Shown: one piece after another, positions 11,580-23,380 of the stretch
Position numbering within the stretch: position 1 is the stretch's first letter
Layout of the letters: each line of letters opens with the position of its first letter
NCBI RefSeq assembly: GCF_006345805.1
Contig: NC_043010.1
Coordinates: 49,290,001-49,354,000 of the forward strand
DNA: 64,000 bases
Direction: 5' to 3'
Origin: Octopus sinensis
Lineage: Eukaryota
Notes under the pieces: generated by a model
Database searches by the model: none
What the model was told of the DNA's origin: nothing
Seen by the model: the letters and a program-made list of their open reading frames with translations, nothing else
Position numbers and translations under genes: made by a program

Positions 11580-12820
11580 TTCCTGAACCAGTTATGTTTG
11601 ATTTGATTGTTTCCCCTATATCTGACAAGGGAAGTTGCAGGTATCTAGGGGTGGATGAAAATATATCTTACAATGGTATCTGTAACAAAACATGTAGCCG
11701 AATAAAGAAATTTAGACCTCAAAACTCACTGCATTTGATAAAACAGTGGCCCACAATGTGTTTGCAGTACCAGTATTCATACCAACATTTGGGCTGCTTT
11801 ACTGGACAGTTGATGAGATCCAAGCCATTGATGTGAAAACCTGAAAAATACAAGCACATAATTTCCACATAAACAGTGATGTAGACCACCTCTACCTAAA
11901 ACGAAAGCAAGGTGGCAGAGGCTTAACATCGATCCAAAATGCCTTTGAATGTCGTATCATATCCCTTTGGCAGCATCTTTTAACCACCAAATGTCAAAGT
12001 GCATCCCTTGACCAAGTTTGCATACATGAGGCTGATAACATCATAAGACTTGGAAGGCAGCTCCTTGAGCACCATTCTTTGTCTGATAACCTAGAATGCA
12101 TGCCTGACACTACTGTAATGTCTCAACTGATGAAAGGATGAGTCTATACAAGCAGAAGACTATGCATGGATATATTAGTAGAAAGCTCTGAGATGACAGT
12201 AACATCGATCATCAAAGCAGTTTATCATGGATCAATAGCCAGATTACTTCCTCCCACTTTGAAGGGTATGGGTTTGCAATCCAGGAACAGGAAATATCAA
12301 CCAAGTACCTGATGCACAAAAGGGATAGAGATGCAAGGAAAGCAGTAAAATGTGACAACTGATGCAGACTTTGTGGAGTTAACACCGAAGATATCACCCA
12401 CATCATAAGCAGTTATCAGAAAATGTGATCACGGTATAATCTACCGAGGAGATATGATGTTGTAGCTAGGACACTCTATAATGAAATCCATCAGAAGAAT
12501 AACCCCGAGAACAAAGAAAAAAGAACCCACAATATAGTAGAAGCCATAGCCACTCATAATAAAAAGGAATACTGATGAACGTCCCAGTGAAAAGGTCAAT
12601 AAAATGTAAGCATAACAGACCTGATATGATGATTTGGGACAGAGAAAAGAAACTGTGGAAATTAGCTGCCCAGCAGATGTTAACGTAAAGCTGAAGCTCA
12701 ATGAAAAAGAGAATATTTACACTGAACCATTGAGAAATCTGCAGTTACTGTATCCAGATTACAAGTTCAAATTTATACTTGTAATTATTGGAGACTTGTT
12801 CTCTATTGGCAAGAAATCTT
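11580..12820 (+). pseudogene. Non-LTR retrotransposon remnant with restriction-like endonuclease (R4/NeSL/Hero-like)
   Basis: Frameshifted motifs: RYLGVDEN, DHLYLKRKQGGRGL, zinc knuckle CRLCGVNTEDITHIIS, RYDVVARTLY, HNRPD, EISCPAD...EKENIY. Confidence 0.85.
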
Positions 12821-12890
12821 GAAATAAAACTGAACGATGACATACATACACGTGTCCATTCCTCCATCCATCCATCTATATATATATATA

Positions 12891-13730
12891 TGCATATTCT
12901 GTATAATTCATTAGTTATCGTTATAGATATTTAAGATCTATCTCCCTTACAGGGCTGATCGAATTGGCCGCTGATTTCTTCGCGGGGGTCTCTTCCCCTT
13001 CTCTCCCCCTCTTTTTACATTGTCTGTCTGGACTCCTCTCTTCCTACTTCTCTCCCTGGCTATGCATACTTAAGCTAGTAACCTGCCTCATTCTTGTTCC
13101 GAATCCTTTTGCCAAGTCTGTCCGTAAACGAAGTGATCCCAAGATAAGAAATCTTTGAACTTTAATTCACCCCGTATCTCTATTTATTATTATTTATTAT
13201 GTATCATTATTCTGAGCCCCCTAGTCGCCACTCTTTTTACTATTTCAGCCTCGCCTCGTTTTTGCATATTCTGTATAATTCATAGTTTATCGTTATAGAT
13301 ATTTAAGATCTATCTCCCTTACAGGCTGATCGAATTGGCCGCCGATTTCTTCGCGGGTTTCTCTTCTCCCCTTCTCTCCCCCTCTTTTTACATTGTCTGT
13401 CTGGACCTCCTCTCTTCCTACTTCTCTCCATGGCTATGCATACTTAGCTAGTAACCTGCCTCATTCTTGATTCCGAATTCCTTTTGCCAAGTCTGTCCGT
13501 AACGAAGTGATCCCAAGATAAGAAATCTTTGAACTTTAATTCACCCCGTATCTCTATTTATTATTATTTATTATGTATCATTATTCTGAGCCCCCTAGTC
13601 GCCACTCTGTTTACTATTTCAGCCTCGCCTCGTTTTTGCATATTCTGTATAATTCATTAGTTATCGTTATAGATATTTAAGATCTATCTCCCTTACAGGG
13701 CTGATCGAATTGGCCGCCGATTCTTTGCGG
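12891..13730. repeat. Tandem array, about 373-bp unit x 2.25
   Basis: Unit starts TGCATATTCTG at 12891, 13263 and 13637. Confidence 0.95.
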
Positions 13731-13740
13731 CGCGCCCGCC

Positions 13741-14346
13741 CTACCCACCGCCACCCCCACCCTACCCACCGCCACCCCCACCCTACCCACCGCCAAAACC
13801 AACACCACCACCACCACCAATACCGGATATCTCTATTTTGCTCCAACTATACCGGATGTCGTTTCTCCCACCACCATTATAGGTGTCTACTCTTTGAACC
13901 CCCCTCTTCAATACGCTATTTCACCATGCATTACCCCTCTTTCGATATCCTACGTTCTACTTGCCTAGAACCTGTCCTCTGAAACACCCCTCCCCTGGTG
14001 CTCCCCTATATTTCTGCACCCCCCCACCACCATTATAGGTGTCTACTCTTTGAACCCCCCTCTTCAATACGCTATTTCACCATCACCATCATTACCCCCC
14101 TCTCGATCCCTACGTTCTACTTGCCTAGAACCTGTCCTCAGAACCACCCCTCCCACTGGTGCTCCCCTATATTTCTGCACCCCCCCACCACCATTATAGG
14201 TGTCTACTCTTTGAACCCCCCTCTTCAATACGCTATTTCACCATGCATTACCCCTCTCTCGATTTCCTACGTTCTACTTGCCTAGAACCTGTCCTCTGAA
14301 CCACCCCTCCCACTGGTGCTCCCCTATATTTCTGCACCCCCCCCCC
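13741..14346. repeat. C-rich 21-bp repeats followed by three about 160-bp tandem units
   Basis: CTACCCACCGCCACCCCCACC about 2.6x; CCACCATTATAGGTGTC unit starts at 13871, 14027, 14188. Confidence 0.9.
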
Positions 14347-14600
14347 ATAAAAATAAAAAGCACCATCCGAACGTGGCCGATGCCAGACCCCTCTGGCACC
14401 TGTGCAGGTGGCACGTAAAAAAACCCCTACACTCGCGGAGTGGTGGGCGTTAGGAAGGGCATCCAGCTGTAGAAACACTGCCAGACTAGACTGGAGCCTG
14501 GGGCAGTCCCGAGCTCCCCAGACCCCGGTCGAAACCGTCCAACCCGTGCTAGCGCGGAAAACGGACGTTAAACGATGATGATGATGATGATGATGATGAT
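14345..14600 (+). mobile_element. SINE family C with (TGA)n tail
   Basis: Same 3' end as 6040-6207. Confidence 0.8.
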
Positions 14601-14605
14601 GATAT

Positions 14606-14645
<40 letters not shown>

Positions 14646-15319
14646 CACACACGCATATATATAGATAGATAGATAGATATATATATATATAGATAGATAG
14701 ATGGATAGATAGATATACATACATACATGCATACACACACATATGTACAATCAATACATACATGCATGCATATATATATATATACATACATTCACACATA
14801 CATACATACATACATACATACACACACATACATGCATACATACATACATACATACATACATACATACATACATACATACATACATACATCATACATACAT
14901 AAGCATATATGTATATATTTGCACATAAATATGTAACTCGATGTAAAATCTTCTATCCATCTTCATTCACTCTTTTGAATTTAGTAATATTTCATTTTTG
15001 TCTGTGTGTCTATTATTTTTCCATGCCACTGAAATCAAAGATATGTATCACTTATTATATCGTATATACAATTATTTATAATGGTTTGAGTAATTTGTCA
15101 CAGCTACATTGATTTATTGACCAGCAAATAAAAACATTGTTTAATGTTATTCTACTGCAGTTTTATTTATCATGGACTGAATTTATAGTTCTTTTCACAC
15201 ACACACACACACACACCACACTCATGCACACAGACACATATACATTCATACATACACATGCATACATATATATAAGTATACACATTCATACATACATACA
15301 TACACGCACACACATACAT

Positions 15320-15393
<74 letters not shown>

Positions 15394-15402
15394 ATATATA
15401 TA

Positions 15403-15630
15403 TACTTTATTTAAAGCAGCAGAAAATTCAACAAAACCTGTTACTCTGAGTTTCACGTTCCCGTTCGTCAGACAGTTTTCTAGCAAAAACTGTCCAATGA
15501 ACGGGAACGTGAAACTCAGAGTAAAAGGTTTTGTTGAATTTTCTGCTGCTTAAATAAGGCATATTACCCTACCACTGGTATTTGAGTACTCTTTTTTCCA
15601 CCTTGTTTCACATTTAGGTGTTTACTCCGG

Positions 15631-15632
<2 letters not shown>
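15403..15632 (+). mobile_element. Short HHR-bearing fold-back element between two (TA)n tracts
   Basis: Inverted arms about 15403-15480 and 15487-15562, plus a 70-bp unique tail. Confidence 0.8.
15433..15479 (-). ncRNA. Minimal type I hammerhead ribozyme motif
   Basis: AAAACUGU-CUGACGA-ACG(GGAA)CGU-GAA-ACUCAGAGU-A/ACAGGUUUU; predicted cleavage between 15442 and 15441. Confidence 0.85.
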
Positions 15633-15664
<32 letters not shown>

Positions 15665-15711
15665 ATATTATACATTCATATATATATATATATACAATAC
15701 ATACATGCATA

Positions 15712-15915
15712 CATGGAGGAAGAGCAAAGCCTGGGTGGCATGCCACAGTTTGAGATCTGTATGGAAGCCAGTCCTTCATAAAGACCTGAAGATCCGTCTC
15801 TTCATTGCTGCAGTGGAGTCTGTACTGTTATACGGATCTGAGACTTGGGCACTGACCATTAAACTCACTCAGATGGTGGGTGGGTGGGTGCCACACGAAA
15901 ATACTGAGAATGGGC
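15712..15915 (+). pseudogene. RTE-like LINE ORF2 fragment
   Basis: KAWVACHSLRSVWK...LKIRLFIAAVESVLLYGSETWALT motif. Confidence 0.85.
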
Positions 15916-15924
15916 TGACAAGGC

Positions 15925-16443
15925 AGTTTTCCTTTGTCTGGTGGCTGTGGCGAAAGAGGTTATCTGGCAGATGAGGCCAAAAGGAACGAGGACAGAAATA
16001 TTCCTCTTTAGTAAAAGCCCTCATCGACTTTTTCAAGTTTCATTTAAAAAGGAAAGTGAGGGTGGAAAGAGAAGTGCTGTCCTCGAGTGAATTTATGAAA
16101 AGGTAGGTGAAAGTTGCGAAAATGGCAAGAGTGGATGGTAGCACTCTCAGTGTAGACCTGTGAGTCGGAAGGAAGTAGTTGGAGAGGGCTCTCATCCTTG
16201 GTATTCAGGGTGATTTTGGATGGTGGATTTCCTTCATTATCCCTAGAGGTCCTCTTGAATCAGGGGGATCCCATCATGATTTTGTCCCCTCTTTTTCGAG
16301 TGACATTTACTATGTATACTTCCCTTCTAGTGTATACCGTGTATACTTTTATTCCATTATTCCATTATATGTAAACCCCAACACTTTATACCTGTCTTTG
16401 TATTGTCTCCCTCATCCTTCACCCAGATGGTAAATAAAAGAAA

Positions 16444-16445
<2 letters not shown>
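15925..16445 (+). pseudogene. L1/Tx1-like LINE ORF2 C-terminus and 3' UTR
   Basis: Frameshifted AVAKEVIWQMRPK...ALIDFFKFHLKRKVRVERE...EFMKR*; A-rich end at about 16435. Confidence 0.6.
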
Positions 16446-16477
<32 letters not shown>

Positions 16478-16906
16478 CCTTCTTTCTTCAAATTTTCTTC
16501 CATTTCTCGCCGAGTGTTTTCCGTACACCTAGAGCAGAAAAGCTCATTGTATGCATTCCCAGATTACACATGCAAATTCACAGGTAAAATATGTATTTAA
16601 AAAATTAATAAATAAATAATTCATAATGGATGTTGTTTTCACAGCGATAATGCTCTTCTCAGTACATGAGTTGTTCCAGTTATCACGATTTTTTGCACTT
16701 CCTGGAGGGATGGCAAGCCTGGTATCATTTTCAAATAGGTTTCAGTACCTTTTTTTTTTTTTAACATTCCTAGAGATCCTACAATCACTGGTACTGTAGT
16801 CGCCTTGAGATGCCACATTTTTTCAATTTCTATTAGCAAATCTTTATATTTACTGATCTTGTCAAATTCTTTCGCCGCTATATTGTGATCGCAAGGAATA
16901 CACATG
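16478..16906 (-). mobile_element. 5'-truncated RLE-clade (R4/Dong-like) LINE 3' end in (TAA)n
   Basis: ORF 16639-16905 ...KYKDLLIEIEKMWHLKATTVPVIVGSLG...LQEVQKIVITGTTHVLRRALSL; (TAA)n on both flanks. Confidence 0.85.
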
Positions 16907-17359
16907 TATTATTATTATTATTATTATTATAAATTTAGTCTCATAACAGTCAATAACAAGTAAAAGAATAAAAGAATATAAATACTTGGGTCAAATGGTT
17001 CAACTATCCCTTTCAAAGCAGTGCTGTGGAATGGCCATAATTCAGAAACTGAAACGAGTAAAAAGAATGTTTTTGTTTTTGCATTTTTGTTCTTTTGATT
17101 TCTAGACTTTATTGTATTTATTATCTATTGCTTCTTTTCCTAGAATTGCATCGATCTCTGGCTTTTACTTGCATAAAACAAATCACCAATGCCAACATGC
17201 TGAGTACATCTATCACCTGTGGATATATTATAGGGTCAGCTTACTCTCTGTAGTAGAGGTAATGCTTTTAACTACTATGAATCATACTGAGGATTTGTTT
17301 GCTTCTTTCTTTCTCAGCATTCTTGTATATATGAGTGTATACACACAAATATCATCATC

Positions 17360-17770
17360 ATCATCGTTGTCGTCGTCATCATCATCATCATCATTGATTA
17401 ACGTCCGCTTTCCATGCTTGCATGGGTTGGATGGTTTGACTGAGGGCTGGCAAACCAGATGGCTGCACCAGGCTCCAATCTGATCTGGCAGAGTTTCTAC
17501 AGCTGGACGCTCTTCCTAACACCAGCCACTCTGAGAGTGTAGTGGGTGCTTTTACGTGCCACCGGCACGAGGGCCAGTCAGGCGGTGCTGGCAATGGCCA
17601 TGCTCAAATGGCGTTTTTTATGTGCCACCTGCACAGGAGCAAGTCCAGCGGCACTGGCAACGACCTTGCTCAAATGTTTTTTCACATGCTGCTGGCACAA
17701 GTGATGCTGATAACGATCATTCTTGAATGGTGCTTTTTATGTGCCACCGGCACAGAAGCCAGTTTGCTGC
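17360..17770 (-). mobile_element. SINE family C
   Basis: Reverse complement of the family C body and (TGA)n tail. Confidence 0.8.
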
Positions 17771-17831
17771 TCTGGCAACAATCATGCTCAGATGGTCCTC
17801 TTAACACTCCACTAGCATATATATTACATAT

Positions 17832-18037
17832 ATACAAAATTAAGAGAATGACCACCAAACTGGACTCCTAATATACTAAAGATAACGTCAAATCACCTTA
17901 CCATGAAGAGTGTGTTCTCAAGAAAAATTTCGGCTGAAATTTTTCTTGAGAACACATTCTTCATGGTAAGGCAATTTGACATCTATCTTTAGCATATTAG
18001 GAGTCCAGTTTGGTGGTCATTCCTCTTAATTTTGTAT
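17832..18037. mobile_element. Fold-back MITE, about 100-bp arms (right-arm-only copy at about 44683-44787)
   Basis: TACAAAATTAAGAG...CTCAAGAAAAATTTC GGCT GAAATTTTTCTTGAG...CTCTTAATTTTGTA; TA-rich flanks. Confidence 0.8.
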
Positions 18038-18194
18038 CTAATATAATTTTTAATGTTCAGATTTTTTTACACATACACACATATATATATGTGTGTATAT
18101 GTGTTTGCGTGTGTGTGTGTGTATGTGTGTGTGTGTGAGTGAGTGTGTGTGTGTGTGTGTGTGCACGTGTGTGTGTGTGTGCCTATATACTGTG

Positions 18195-18510
18195 AAGGTG
18201 TGTGGCTTGGTGGTTAGGGCATTCGGCTCACAATTGCAAGGCTGTGAGTTCAATTCCTGGTGATATGTTGCGTCCTTGGGCAAGACTCTTTATTTCACGT
18301 TGCTCCAGTCCACTCAGATGGCAAAAATTAGTAGTACCTGTATTTCAAAGGGCCAGCCTTGTCACACTCTTTGTCACGCTGAACCTCCCTGAGAACTATG
18401 TTTAGGGTACATGTGTCTGTGGAGTTCTCAGCCACTTGCACGTTAATTTCACGAGCAAGATGTTCTGTTGATCTTATCAGCTGGGACCATCATTGTTGTA
18501 ACTGTCAGAG
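18195..18510 (+). mobile_element. SINE sharing the 3' body of family D
   Basis: tRNA-like head GGTGTGTGGCTTGGTGGTTAGGG...GAGTTCAATTCC; 3' body matches 63640-63810. Confidence 0.8.
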
Positions 18511-18759
18511 TGCTCCTATATATGTATACACATACACATATACACCTAGAAACAAAGAGTACAAATTTACTTGAATATGTGCCAAATACATAGTGGCTTA
18601 GATATGAATCTAGTACAAAGTGGCTTAGATATGAATGGACCTACTCAGTGGTCCCATTCAGATAGAGGAGGTGAACAATACATAAACTCTATAAATAGTA
18701 ATATACAAATAATTGACAAACATAATGTTAAATATAATAGTAAATGAATCCAATGCCGT

Positions 18760-19760
18760 AATAAGAACCAGATAAATAGATTACACACTTTTACAAAAAG
18801 CTTAGGTAGAAATAGAAATACATACCTCAGTAACATGGATACCTCCAGCTTTATTGAATGGTATATAATTCCCTTTGGAAAACAAATAATTTCCAATATA
18901 CCATAATTGTTTTATTTGGCATTGACTAAACATTTTCCAAAAGATGGTAAATACTATAGGATTTTAAAATAAAAATAGGATTAGATTAGCTTTCTGTAAT
19001 AGAAAAAATCTAGCTCAAATTATAGCAGTACACAATAATAGTAAAATTAATGGTTTCCATATGAGCAATAGCAATAATAGTAACCAGAATTGTAATTATA
19101 GATCAATAAATAGCAACATGTCCACTGGAGTGGACAAACCATTAGTAACACAACTAGGTATCAGGATAGGAACTATGGTTTGGCAACCAATAAAATAGAA
19201 GCGACCTGAGGGAACTCCACAACTAACCTGGAAGTAGATGTGAATCCTAAACAGCAAAGTACTCAGAACATTGTCTATGTGGAAAGGACTAATAATTTAG
19301 AAGACAGACAAGAGAATATAAAAATTACATCTAGAGTAGGTGAAGTAGATAATAGTAATAGGAGTAGTAGAACTATTAAATGCAATTGTGCAAGGAACAG
19401 GGTCTGTCCATTTAACTCTATTTGTAGGCATAAAAATATCATATACAGATGTAAGATTACCTCACAGAATAGGTGTCAACTCGTGTTATAATAAGCAGAG
19501 AATTGCCAATCATTTAAGTTCGTTTAGAAATAGGGACAAAATGAATACTACCAGCTTTAGCAAGCTAATTTGAGCACTAAAAGATAGTATCAAAATATTT
19601 TCGATTGCTTGGAAAATAAAAAGTAAAGCAAAACCTCGTAGAATAGGCAATTATAGATGTGACTTTTGTGCGGAAGAAATGTACCAAATTTTCACTTCTA
19701 AATTTATTCTAATAAACACAAGACAGGCTACGACAAGCTACAAGATGTCCACACTGGATT
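18760..19760 (+). pseudogene. Penelope-like element remnant: RT thumb, linker and GIY-YIG endonuclease
   Basis: Frameshifted EWYIIPF..NI..LF..LTKHFPK; CNCARNRVCPFNSIC..NIIYRC; IGV..YNKQRIANHLSSF; AWKIKSKA...RCDFCAEE. Confidence 0.85.
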
Positions 19761-20368
19761 GAATATATGTTTAAATGATTTAAAGAAACATAATTTACCA
19801 TCTATAGTAAGTATACTAGTTAAAATAATGATTGATATGATTAATGATATTTATGAAAATAATACTAATAAATATAATTATATTAATAATAACCATTATT
19901 GAGGGTATAAAACCAAAATAAGTGAAATACCTCTGAATAAATAATGTACTCCAAACAGTAAAATTGAAACAAACTGCTATAATTAATTGTAATATAAATA
20001 AACATTTCAAAACCACGATTCATCTGTGGTGCCAGTAGAGGTGATTAAAAGACGAGAATTCAATTTGATTAAGTAAGTAATGCTAACTGAATACCAATGC
20101 AAGAAGCTTGTTTGAATTAGTTCACTTTGAAAATGTTGTAAGTGATGGACCCTTGAGGAAATAACATTGACTAGGATGCATAATTGCATACAGTGTAGTT
20201 GCTGCAATAGAAACAAATGTTGGTCATTGTTATATATGGTGTGGAAAACTTTTTCAATAAAAATGTTTGGGATGTGAATAAATTTCTGCTCTCCTCTTGG
20301 TTTTCAATTATATATATATACACACCCACACACACACACACACACACAGACACATATACATTTACACA

Positions 20369-20422
<54 letters not shown>

Positions 20423-21134
20423 CACACACACATGTACATGCATATATATAATGATTATATGTTGCAAATAAATGAGAGGAGAAAAATATTGACGTATATG
20501 GTTTTTATTTTATTGTTACAATGTAAGATAGAACTTTTTTTGATTTGTTGTTGTACACAGATTATTTAGAGTTTTGTTATCCATTTTGTAGGTAGTTAAA
20601 TTAATCTCTGAGTGACAGCTAGAAGATGAATGGAAGAAGGAGAGAGAAAGAGAAAAAGAAATTACCTCTCTATATTGACAAGTAGAGTGAGTGAAAGTTG
20701 TGTAGTACCAGGATGACAAGCCATACATGAAGTGCTCCTTTTTGCTAGGAGCCAAGTGAAAAAAGTAGAAGTAAATCTGTGCTTCATATTTATAATTTTT
20801 CTAACTAAATTAGGTCAGGCCAAATGAAATTCTCTGTCTCTTATCTGCTTTAACCTAAGTTTGATTCAAAATGATCACAGGTTAACAATTGACTCTGATG
20901 AATTTTCTAGTGCAATGGCCAAGAACAATAGAAAAGAACTCAGTAAGATGTGGGCTGGGTTTCAAATCTGGGTTAAGAATCTAGAAAGCTATTCATTACA
21001 TTTACACACACACACACACACACGTATGTATGTATGTATGTATGTATGTATGTATATGTATATTGATATATATATATATATAAGTATGTATGTATGTATG
21101 TATGTATGTATGTATATATATATATAAGTATGTA

Positions 21135-21352
21135 TGTATGTATAGATTTGTGCGTCTGTGTTTGTCCCCCCTAACCATCGCTTGATAACAGATGCTGGTG
21201 TGTTTATATCCCCGTAACTTAGTAGTTTGGCAAAAGAGACTGATAGAATAAGCACTAGGCTTACAAAGAATAAGTCCTAGGGTCAATTTGCTCAACTAAA
21301 GGCAGTGCTCCAGCATGGCCACAGTCAAAATGACTGGAACAAGTAAAAGAAT
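21135..21352 (+). mobile_element. SINE family A, 3' half (other 3' halves at 35960-36180 and 8610-8680)
   Basis: Match to the family A 3' body and tail. Confidence 0.8.
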
Positions 21353-21381
21353 ATACATACATACATACACATACACACACA

Positions 21382-21434
<53 letters not shown>

Positions 21435-21847
21435 TCATTTTATATTTAAAAAGCTCAGCAGCATACAACAACAACAATATGCTAGTTACACCAACTCTTA
21501 CAGTCTCTCTAACAGAGAGAATAATCTGTATTGAATGTCAAACAGCCTATTGAATGAATGTCTCAGATACATAGCCAAGTTAAGCAGCACATTTTGTCAA
21601 ACTATCTGTCTAACCAACGATGAAATACTTCCTCATGTTTCACAGATTTACCGTTGATCAATAATACTGTTTAACTCTTTGTAACTATTTTCATTCATAA
21701 ATAAATAATCTGCCCAGTTAATCTTTGCATCTAAATAAATACACATCGGATTATTCTGTTAGACCGACCAAAGTCTTGTAAATGGATTTGGTGAATGGAG
21801 CTTGAATGAATATCTTGTATATAAGACACACACACACACAGGCATAT

Positions 21848-21895
<48 letters not shown>

Positions 21896-22267
21896 AATGA
21901 GTAAATGAGCATCACTGTTATAAAAGGGGTGTTGTTTCCGGTCTTCTATGAAAAGGGTCTGACTTTGCGGAGGTATTACCTTGCTTCCAAAAATAGGGGT
22001 GGGGTTTAAGACAGGAAGGGTATCCTGCCAAAGGAAATTTGATGCAACAAATTCTGACCGATCCATGCAAGCAAGGAAAAGTGGATGTTTAATGATGATG
22101 ATGGTGGTGGTGGTGGTGGTGGTAATGATAAGTCACCAGTTGTTTGTATCCCTGCAACAGAGCAAAGATGCATCTTTTGAAAATGCCCTTGACCCTCTGG
22201 GAACAGCCTAGTTCCAGCAACTAATAAATGTTACATTAGCTTGCAAAGCTAAACTGGATAAAACTGT

Positions 22268-22558
22268 GACCAGACAGGCATATGGTGTAGAGCGTGGGCT
22301 ACTAACCCCAAAATTCTGAGTTCGATTCCAAGCAGTGACCTGAACAACAGTAATAATAACATCAAAGAATACCTTAGGAATGAGAACCCAGGTTCGAAAT
22401 TTCCCCAAGACACCTGAAGAAGGCTGGATGGTATATCGCCTTTTTCCCAAACTTCTCAAACCCGCTATAATGTAATACATGTTTTTGTTGTTGTAATTGT
22501 CCGCAGCTGACAAGATGAGGACAAATATCCGGCGAATGTAAATAATGTAAATAATGTA
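22268..22558 (+). mobile_element. tRNA-headed SINE with a 3' hammerhead half-motif and AATGTAAAT tail
   Basis: A box TGGTGTAGAGCG, B box GAGTTCGATTCC; GACAC-CTGAAGA-A-GGCTG...C-GCC at 22409-22440; tandem AATGTAAAT end. Confidence 0.7.
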
Positions 22559-23019
22559 ATACTTGTTTATTTACATTGCTTGGAAGTAATCATACATTAT
22601 CTTGTAGCTTCAAGATTTTGATGAAGTGATTTTTAGAATGACATTGTATGTAGGTATGAGAGGTTGGGTCTGCTCAGTTTTAACATAAAACAGGTAGAAT
22701 ATTTGGGCTAGATATGGCCAGTTAGATACTAAATATATGCTAAAGTGTCAAGCCATGAAAAGTGGGATATTAGGGGCCTTTTCAATCAGAGCTCACTTTG
22801 TATCTGCATCTGAATACACAGACCCAAGGAAGAGGTTTTGTTGCACCCCGCTGAAGGAGAGCCCTAAGTTCAGAAAAATGAGTCAAGTAGGAGTACACGA
22901 AAGTTTATGAGCAGCACAGCAATTTACAGAAGTGAGAGGAGACTCTCTCCTATCGCGAACATATTCTTGCTTTTCATAATAGCATATTCTTTGAATAATC
23001 CATTGATCAGGTTACCTTA

Positions 23020-23380
23020 TCTATATATATAAAGCTGAAGTCGTCTGTGTATGGCAGGTTTGGTAGCCTTCAACTAACACTATCTCCTCCGAGACCCTGC
23101 AGTGCAAGTTGACCAAAATTGAGAGTATGATAGAAGGCTTGCATTTCATTCTGTAGAAGATAAATTTCAAATCGGACCATGTTAACACCAAAAATTATTT
23201 ACATCAAAAAGGTGCTTTTTTTCTATGAAAATCCCCATTTTTTACAATTTTTTGACTGCTGTGTCGCCATTTTTCAGTGTATTTCAACCAGAAAAATGTT
23301 CACTTAAAATTTTTACTTTTCAAAAATTCCAATTCTAAAGGGTCGAAACAAACCTGAGCAACGCCGGGTGATACTTCTAG
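23020..23380 (+). mobile_element. Non-autonomous Helitron
   Basis: A|TCTATATATATAAAG start, subterminal GC hairpin CCTGAGCAACGCCGGG, CTAG|T end (A/T target). Confidence 0.8.

Noticed and set aside
12891-14346. CRISPR-like or retrozyme interpretation of the tandem arrays
   Set aside because: There are no unique spacers, the DNA is eukaryotic, and I found no hammerhead core on either strand of the 373-bp or 160-bp units.
15965-16000. CAGATGAGGCCAAAAGG hammerhead-like string
   Set aside because: It lies inside the L1/Tx1 ORF2 remnant, the core is wrong and GAAA is not in register.
22851-22885. CTGAAGGAGAGCCCTAAGTTCAGAAA hammerhead-like string
   Set aside because: The core has an insertion, there is an extra base before GAAA and no helix I or III.
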